From Nitrososphaeria archaeon (GTDB lineage: Archaea; Thermoproteota; Nitrososphaeria; Geothermarchaeales; JDFR-13), in the NCBI GenBank assembly GCA_027078545.1, contig JALWXN010000004.1, forward strand, positions 288,001 to 352,000: a stretch of DNA of 64,000 bases, written 5' to 3'. The notes under the pieces are model-generated. The model saw nothing but the letters and a program-made list of their open reading frames with translations. It had not been told where the DNA came from and made no database searches. The translations under genes were made by a program, and so were the position numbers. Shown here in pieces: positions 58,732 through 64,000 of the stretch (positions within the stretch are counted from its first letter, which is position 1; each line of letters begins with the position of its first letter).

Positions 58732-58807
58732 TGGTGGGCCCGCCCGGACTCGAACCGGGGACCTCCGGCGTGTGAGGCCGGCGTCATAGCCTCTAGACCA
58801 CGGGCCC
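58732..58807 (-). tRNA. tRNA-Val(CAC), intron-less, CCA encoded
   Basis: Reverse complement GGGCCCG...CCGGC CT CAC AC GCCGG...TTCGAGT...CGGGCCC ACCA. Confidence 0.95.
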
Positions 58808-58862
58808 ACTCGACACTATATATTTTTCTATCCCGGGGGATGATTTAAGCCTTTACAGTGGA

Positions 58863-59426
58863 TTGGGGATGAGGCTGGGTATTACTGGCACGCCTGGCAC
58901 TGGTAAGACAACGATATCGAGGCTGCTTGGCGAGGCATTGGGGCTCCCAGTCATCCATCTAGACGACGTCATTATTAGGGAGGGGCTTGTAGAGGGGTTT
59001 GACGAGAGGCGTGGGAGCCTCGTAGCTGATGTGGAGCGGGTTACAGAGGCCGCCCCTAGACTAGTCAGTGTCGACGGTGTGTATGAGGGCCTATCAATAA
59101 TCTATATAGAGGATCCAAGCGTCTTCGACTGGATTGTTGTCCTTAGGTGTAGCCCCTACGTCTTGGAGGAGCGGCTTAGGGCGAAGGGCTTCCCCGAGGA
59201 GAAGGTTAGGGAGAACGTTGAGGCTGAGATCCTGGATATAGTCTATTCCGAGGCACTCAGGATATATGGTGGGAAGGTTCTCCAGGTAGATAATACCGGG
59301 GATCCCCGTGAGACTGTGGAGCGGATCATGGATAAGCTGGGTAGGGGTGACGCTAGGTGCGACTCTGTGGACTGGCTGGGCCTGATATATGAGAGGGGTG
59401 ATTTCCAACGCTTCTTCCGTGGCTAG
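58863..59426 (+). CDS. AK6/Fap7-type adenylate kinase
   Basis: ITGTPGTGKTT, VLRC.P..L..RL..KG....KV.EN..AE. Confidence 0.92.
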   Translation: MGMRLGITGTPGTGKTTISRLLGEALGLPVIHLDDVIIREGLVEGFDERRGSLVADVERVTEAAPRLVSVDGVYEGLSIIYIEDPSVFDWIVVLRCSPYVLEERLRAKGFPEEKVRENVEAEILDIVYSEALRIYGGKVLQVDNTGDPRETVERIMDKLGRGDARCDSVDWLGLIYERGDFQRFFRG

Positions 59427-60919
59427 GCGTTGGGCTCTATCCTGACAGGGAATGGTAGTGGGTTCCTACTATCCTTTACCAGTGCCTCCCCAACGCCTAG
59501 CTGCTTCACATACTCTATCTGCTCCTCATTCATAGAGACGATGTTCCTGATGTATGTCAGGTCCTCCCACCCTGTTAGGCGGTGGATTATGACTAGCCCT
59601 GCGTTCTTCAGTGGGGCCTTCGCTATCTGGGAGGGGAACTGGGTTATAATTGCTATGGCCTCCCCGAACTTACGTATCTCATCCATGATCTTCTCCGCCA
59701 CTGTTGGTGGGTCGTACTCTCTACGGGCTGGTATTAGGTAGCGGGCCTCCTCGAGTACTGTTACGTGGCTTAGGCTCTTCATACCGCTGAGCCTCTGGTG
59801 GTTAAAGAGCCTCTTGAGTAGTATGTATCCGAATATCTTCCTGAGGTTAACCTCGTGTATATGTCCAAGCTCTATCACGGTGTTCCTCTGGACTATATCC
59901 TCTATCCTTATGGTCTCCCCCTGGCCGAATATCTTGGCTCCTTGGCCCGCCACTAGTTGTTTCAGCCTCCTGAGTAGGGCTGCCTTGGTCTCGTGCTCGC
60001 TATAGGATTTTATGGGGAACTGTTCTATGATGCTTATCAATGCCCTTATGTTGGGCTCCTTCTCGCCTACTAGGTGGTATCTCGAGTATGTCGCCTCTAG
60101 TGCGGTCTTGAAGAAGTATTGCTGTGGATGGGTGAATCCGTAGACCTCGCTGAATATGTCGGTGATTATGGATGCGCTGTCCTCTATGTCCCCCTCATCC
60201 TTTATGGGGTTGAGCACCGCCTCCCCTAGTCCAGGCCTTATGACTAGGTCTAAGTTCTTGAGCTTCGATGCATACTCGTTGTGGTAGTCTAGGACTAGGT
60301 ATGGGGTGTCCCTTGGGAGCTGGTTGAGTATGGTGGCTATCGTGGTGGTCTTGCCCATCCCTGTGGAGCCTATGCATGCTATGTGGCTGGATAGCTGGTC
60401 TATGGGTATTACGTAGTCCTCACCCGTGTCTACCAGTCTGCCCAGCCTTATAGTAGCCTTACCAGGCCTGCTCTGGACGGGTAGTTTGAATAGTCCCCTA
60501 GGCTTGACCAGCTGTAGGTCTCCCCCGGACTCGAACCTTATGTAGTGCTCCCCCCTACCACCATTCCTCAGTCTCCACCTGTATATCGTCGATATCTCTC
60601 CATCACCTACTAGCTCCACCTCGTAGTCTGGGAATGCTGTTAGGACTATATTCCTTATTGCCTGTGCCTTTGAGAGGGCGGCCTCCCTAGAATCTCCCCT
60701 GGTGACTATGTATAGGCCTTCGTGCCTCCCGTCGACGTAGTGTATTATCTGTACTGGTATGTGGAGGTTCTTGAAGGCCTTGATCATGTTCCTATAGGCT
60801 GTGACGTGTTGATAGGCCTTCACCCTCCCCTCATCTATCTCTGGGCTGCTCCCCAGTATCTTCACCCCGGCCATATACTCCCTCTTCGACCCGTTTAGCC
60901 TAGGGATTAGCCTCTTCAT
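59423..60919 (-). CDS. HerA/VirB4-like (DUF87) P-loop ATPase
   Basis: HIACIGSTGMGKTT, LDYHNEY, VLEEAR, E.RKFG, ITQ.P. Confidence 0.88.
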   Translation of the reverse strand: MKRLIPRLNGSKREYMAGVKILGSSPEIDEGRVKAYQHVTAYRNMIKAFKNLHIPVQIIHYVDGRHEGLYIVTRGDSREAALSKAQAIRNIVLTAFPDYEVELVGDGEISTIYRWRLRNGGRGEHYIRFESGGDLQLVKPRGLFKLPVQSRPGKATIRLGRLVDTGEDYVIPIDQLSSHIACIGSTGMGKTTTIATILNQLPRDTPYLVLDYHNEYASKLKNLDLVIRPGLGEAVLNPIKDEGDIEDSASIITDIFSEVYGFTHPQQYFFKTALEATYSRYHLVGEKEPNIRALISIIEQFPIKSYSEHETKAALLRRLKQLVAGQGAKIFGQGETIRIEDIVQRNTVIELGHIHEVNLRKIFGYILLKRLFNHQRLSGMKSLSHVTVLEEARYLIPARREYDPPTVAEKIMDEIRKFGEAIAIITQFPSQIAKAPLKNAGLVIIHRLTGWEDLTYIRNIVSMNEEQIEYVKQLGVGEALVKDSRNPLPFPVRIEPNA

Positions 60920-60933
60920 CTATCCTGTCCCCT

Positions 60934-61113
60934 CTATAGGAATGGGAATAGTGTGTCCCACCACCACTGTACCGCGTCGAAGAAGGTCTGGATAGCCTCC
61001 TGGATCTTCTCGTAGATCATGTTGGCTGCCCCCATAGCTATCCCGATCCCTAGCAGGGCCACTATGATTAGTAGGCCCTCCTCGATGATCTGGGCTCCAC
61101 GCCTCCTCCTCAT
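60934..61113 (-). CDS. Flp-like type IV pilin with class III signal peptide (59 aa; missed by the ORF track)
   Basis: Manual translation MRRRRG|AQIIEEGLLIIVALLGIGIAMGAANMIYEKIQEAIQTFFDAVQWWWDTLFPFL: basic leader, Gly-1, Glu+5, hydrophobic helix. Confidence 0.85.
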   Translation of the reverse strand: MRRRRGAQIIEEGLLIIVALLGIGIAMGAANMIYEKIQEAIQTFFDAVQWWWDTLFPFL

Positions 61114-61186
61114 GGTGCATCCCCATCCATTAGGGGTTGTGGCAGTGTTAAAGGTGGTGGAGAGGGTTGTGAAACTATTCCCACCA

Positions 61187-61693
61187 CTATCCCAGTAGTG
61201 GTCTTGTGAATCCGGTTCCCAGGATGGTTGCGAATATGTATATCACTATGTTCCTGAGTAGACCTCTCCTGTCTGGGCCGTGGAAGATCCATGTGATTAG
61301 TGCTGTCTGTAGTAGGCCGAAGAGCCTGTATATCAGTGTGTCTCCCCCTCCAAATGTTATTAAAAGGTTCTCGGTTATCGTTATCCCGCTGATAACTTCT
61401 AGGACGGGTATCGTCGCCCCGAGTGTGAAGGCCGCTGTGGCTGATAGTATAGATAGCCTCCTCATTATCTGCCGCTCCTTGTTCCTCAGCCTCCCTAGGA
61501 ACTTCTCCTGGAGTATAACCGTCTTTGTGTAGCCGCGTATAACCTCGGTCCTCCTAGATATTGCCTCTAGGTCTGTCTCCACCTCCCTATTCCTGATGTA
61601 GTTTCTCAGCCTCTCTAGCTCCCCCTCCTCGTAGAGTGCTCTGGCCACTGATCTTCCTTTGAGTATCTTGTCGAGTATCTCTATCAGCCCCAT
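61187..61693 (-). CDS. Membrane protein, possibly a TadC-like platform fragment
   Basis: Soluble helical N-terminal half plus about three TM helices; in operon after the Tad ATPase. Confidence 0.5.
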   Translation of the reverse strand: MGLIEILDKILKGRSVARALYEEGELERLRNYIRNREVETDLEAISRRTEVIRGYTKTVILQEKFLGRLRNKERQIMRRLSILSATAAFTLGATIPVLEVISGITITENLLITFGGGDTLIYRLFGLLQTALITWIFHGPDRRGLLRNIVIYIFATILGTGFTRPLLG

Positions 61694-62161
61694 CTACCTC
61701 GCCACCCTTGTAAGTATCCTTGTTAGTAGGGCCTGGAGTATGGGTATTGGTAAGAGTATCCAGGGGCCTAGTGGGATCGTGGCTATCAGTGCGAGGAGGG
61801 GTGGGAAGACTGTTACTGCGCTTATGAGTGCTGCCTTGACGTCCAGGTTCTCCACCTCCCTCTCCAGCCTGTCTATCTCTAGCTCAATGTCTGATGCCGC
61901 TGTCTCGACCACTATCTCAGGGTCTTCAGCAACTTCTACCCCACCTACTCTGTCTATATCCTCGAACAAGAGGTTCTTCTCCAGGTCTCCACTGGATATT
62001 AGGGCTGCTCTTAGCGGGCTACCCGAGACTATGTATTCGGATAGCTCCATGAACCTGGTGGCTATACCCGAGCCACTTAGGGCTTCCCACACCCCCCTCC
62101 CCATAGCCAGTGCCGCGGCTATGTGGCTTAGTATTAGGAGGGTTATTAGTACTGCCTCCAC
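61694..62161 (-). CDS. Membrane protein, possibly a TadB-like platform fragment
   Basis: SGSPLRAAL segment (T2SSF-like G.PL..AL) and C-terminal TM hairpin; overlaps the ATPase stop. Confidence 0.55.
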   Translation of the reverse strand: MEAVLITLLILSHIAAALAMGRGVWEALSGSGIATRFMELSEYIVSGSPLRAALISSGDLEKNLLFEDIDRVGGVEVAEDPEIVVETAASDIELEIDRLEREVENLDVKAALISAVTVFPPLLALIATIPLGPWILLPIPILQALLTRILTRVAR

Positions 62162-63342
62162 GCTACTAATCCCTCCTCCAACTCTTCTGAGAGGTATATG
62201 TCTCTAAGGTATCTCCTCCCCGTGTGGAGGTCCCTTGCAGTTATTAGTACCAGGCCTACCTGTTTCAATGCTGCTTCGTATCCCTCTCCGAAGCCTCTTC
62301 CCAGCCTCATTATGAGGCTCTCTATATCGCTGGCGTGGATGGTGGCCATGACCCTTATACCCATGAGCAGGGTCTCGAGCATGTGCTGGATATCGTTGTT
62401 GGTTATGACCTCTCCATATACTACGTAGTCGGGGCTCCTCCTCAGGTTGAATAGGGTCTGTATCCCCCTCTTCTCAGACTCCACTATTCCCGACTGTCTA
62501 TAGTAGATGTGGTGGTAGCCGTGTGGCCTTAGGTCCTCCGTCTCCCTAGCCTCCTCTAGTATGAGTATCCTTAGGTGTCCAGGCATCTCCTTCAGTATGG
62601 CGTTTAGGAGGGTTGTCTTACCGCTGTTGGGCTCACCCATGATGAGTATCGATGGATACCTCCTCAGCTGCTCCAGTATGGTGATCCTCTGCTCATCGTC
62701 CATGAAGCCCCTCTCCACGAGGCCCTCCAGGGTGTTCCCACTCCCCATGTGCCTCCTTATGACGGCGTAGGTCTCTCCATGGGTTAGTGGGAATGTGTCT
62801 AGGACTATTCTGAACCTATCCCTGACTGTTGATATGTCGGCCTCTATCGAGCCTCCCCTCCTTGATACCCCCTCTGCAACTATCAGCTCGAGGATGCGTC
62901 TCAGGGCTGTTAGGCCGTCCTCCCCGATATACATGTTTGTCTTGTAGCTGGTCCCGTCCATCCTCCTAACCCTGATCTCGTTATCGCCCCCGAGAATGTA
63001 GATCTCCTGGTTCTCGGGGTCTGTCATCAGTATGTGGAGGGGTAGGAGGCCTATCGAGTCCCAGAAGGCTATCTCCCCTATCTCCTCATTCGCATCCTCT
63101 GAACCGCTCAGCCTCTCCAGTGCTTCGTGGATATTCCTCCTGAGGATCTCCTCCAGGGTTGGGTATCTACTTAGCCCACTGAATACTGGTAGCTCCCTCG
63201 ATAGTTCCTGTATATGTGTAGACGCCTCGAGGATCTCTGGTGTAAAGCCGTAGTACAGTGTTCCGCCCCTCCTCGTGAGGGCTATGTACCTGGTTATCCT
63301 AGCCTCCCACTCCTCCAGGATAGGTATGGAGCCAAGCCTCAT
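62146..63342 (-). CDS. Tad/VirB11-family pilus assembly ATPase
   Basis: DP...EIYI, GEPNSGKTT, LEE..E, LRRSPDY...GEV, ATIHA. Confidence 0.9.
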   Translation of the reverse strand: MRLGSIPILEEWEARITRYIALTRRGGTLYYGFTPEILEASTHIQELSRELPVFSGLSRYPTLEEILRRNIHEALERLSGSEDANEEIGEIAFWDSIGLLPLHILMTDPENQEIYILGGDNEIRVRRMDGTSYKTNMYIGEDGLTALRRILELIVAEGVSRRGGSIEADISTVRDRFRIVLDTFPLTHGETYAVIRRHMGSGNTLEGLVERGFMDDEQRITILEQLRRYPSILIMGEPNSGKTTLLNAILKEMPGHLRILILEEARETEDLRPHGYHHIYYRQSGIVESEKRGIQTLFNLRRSPDYVVYGEVITNNDIQHMLETLLMGIRVMATIHASDIESLIMRLGRGFGEGYEAALKQVGLVLITARDLHTGRRYLRDIYLSEELEEGLVAWRQY

Positions 63343-63433
63343 CCCGAGTAGGGATTGGCCCGGAGGAGTGGTAATAAATTATTTTCACTCATCACATCCC
63401 AGTTATAAGCTGCTGGAGAGCGGTATTAACGGG

Positions 63434-63559
63434 ATGAATAGGGTTCTGAGGCTGTTTGGAGACACTGCTCTGAAGGCTCTTATGCTTGGACTGGCTATAC
63501 TCGGCTTTCTCCACTTGGTGGGGGTGGTTAGGGATTGGATAGGTATGCTGCGACCCTGA
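63434..63559 (+). CDS. Tiny single-TM protein (41 aa)
   Basis: MNRVLRLFGDTALKALMLGLAILGFLHLVGVVRDWIGMLRP; first gene after the TATA-like TTATAA. Confidence 0.5.
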   Translation: MNRVLRLFGDTALKALMLGLAILGFLHLVGVVRDWIGMLRP

Positions 63560-63717
63560 TACTCGAGGTTGTATTGCTGGTTGTTCTCTCGGGGATCGCT
63601 CTGTTGATCGGTGGTCGTTTACTGGAGATTCTAGGCGTGGCTGTCTGTAGGCCTGAGGAGGTGGTTGTGGATAGGGGTCTATACCATGTCGTGTATAGGG
63701 TGGGTGTGAGGTGCTAG
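63535..63717 (+). CDS. Small single-TM protein (possible minor pilin)
   Basis: RYAATLILEVVLLVVL hydrophobic N-terminus with Glu; two Cys in the short tail. Confidence 0.5.
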   Translation: MDRYAATLILEVVLLVVLSGIALLIGGRLLEILGVAVCRPEEVVVDRGLYHVVYRVGVRC

Positions 63718-63830
63718 ACGACTTTATAGATACCCTGTTGAGCCTGGCCCTAGCCAGTGTATTTCTCCTGGTCCTCTCCCTAGTTGCCCTTGTCCTCCTC
63801 CTATTCCTGGGGGTGTTGCTTGGTGCTTAG
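63711..63830 (+). CDS. Tiny hydrophobic protein (39 aa)
   Basis: GTG-start ORF MLDDFIDTLLSLALASVFLLVLSLVALVLLLFLGVLLGA overlapping both neighbours. Confidence 0.45.
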   Translation: MLDDFIDTLLSLALASVFLLVLSLVALVLLLFLGVLLGA

Positions 63831-64000
63831 TAGGGTCTTGGCCCTTGTCGTGGGTGTCTCGGTACTGGTTATGAGTATTGGGAGTATCGTCCTCCTCCTG
63901 GTGGATTATGTCTCCTTCAGGCCTGTCCTCGACCCTTGTGAGGAGTTGTTGGCTGATGTTGGCCTGGGTAGGGTGGGCGTGGATGGTGTGTGGCGTGAGG
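63823..64000 (+). CDS. N-terminally anchored protein (partial, runs off the window)
   Basis: GTG-start MLSRVLALVVGVSVLVMSIGSIVLLLVDY..., open to the end of the window. Confidence 0.45.
   Translation, partial: MLSRVLALVVGVSVLVMSIGSIVLLLVDYVSFRPVLDPCEELLADVGLGRVGVDGVWRE

Noticed and set aside
58615-58809. 64-aa minus-strand ORF
   Set aside because: Overlaps tRNA-Val and is antisense to L40e.
60920-61126. 68-aa minus-strand ORF in the track
   Set aside because: Wrong frame; the overlapping 59-aa pilin frame has a clear class III signal peptide.

Overview
Core-chromosome segment of a thermophilic TACK-type archaeon. Unsplit RpoA (1300 aa) and RpoB, a Cdv/ESCRT operon and multi-intron tRNAs suggest the Nitrososphaeria/Aigarchaeota/Geothermarchaeota neighbourhood; this placement is an inference. 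Most of the window is housekeeping superoperons: rpoH-B-A/L30e/nusA/S12/S7/EF-1a/S10; S13-S4-S11-rpoD-L18e-L13-S9-rpoN-eno-S2-MEMO-mvk-idi2-GGPPS-gltX; and L7Ae-S28e-L24e-ndk-infB-S6e-eIF2g-PIN-rpoE-spt4-DPCK. Less ordinary blocks: (1) a compositionally distinct heme-copper oxidase island (16.1-22.2 kb), whose subunit I lacks the K-channel Lys and whose Sco chaperone is split by a 281-aa beta-propeller-like insert; (2) two multi-intron tRNAs, one with two apparent tandem introns at 37/38; (3) a 143-aa mini-intein in aIF5B; (4) an HExxH protein plus a nucleotidyltransferase-protein kinase fusion inside the rpoE operon; (5) a large S-layer-like protein with an acidic coiled-coil stalk; (6) a cdvB'-cdvA-cdvB-cdvC operon with a divergent TrmB regulator; (7) a minimal Tad/Flp pilus locus coupled to a HerA/VirB4-like ATPase, including a 59-aa pilin missed by the ORF track. 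All calls come from reading motifs by eye; no database searches were run.
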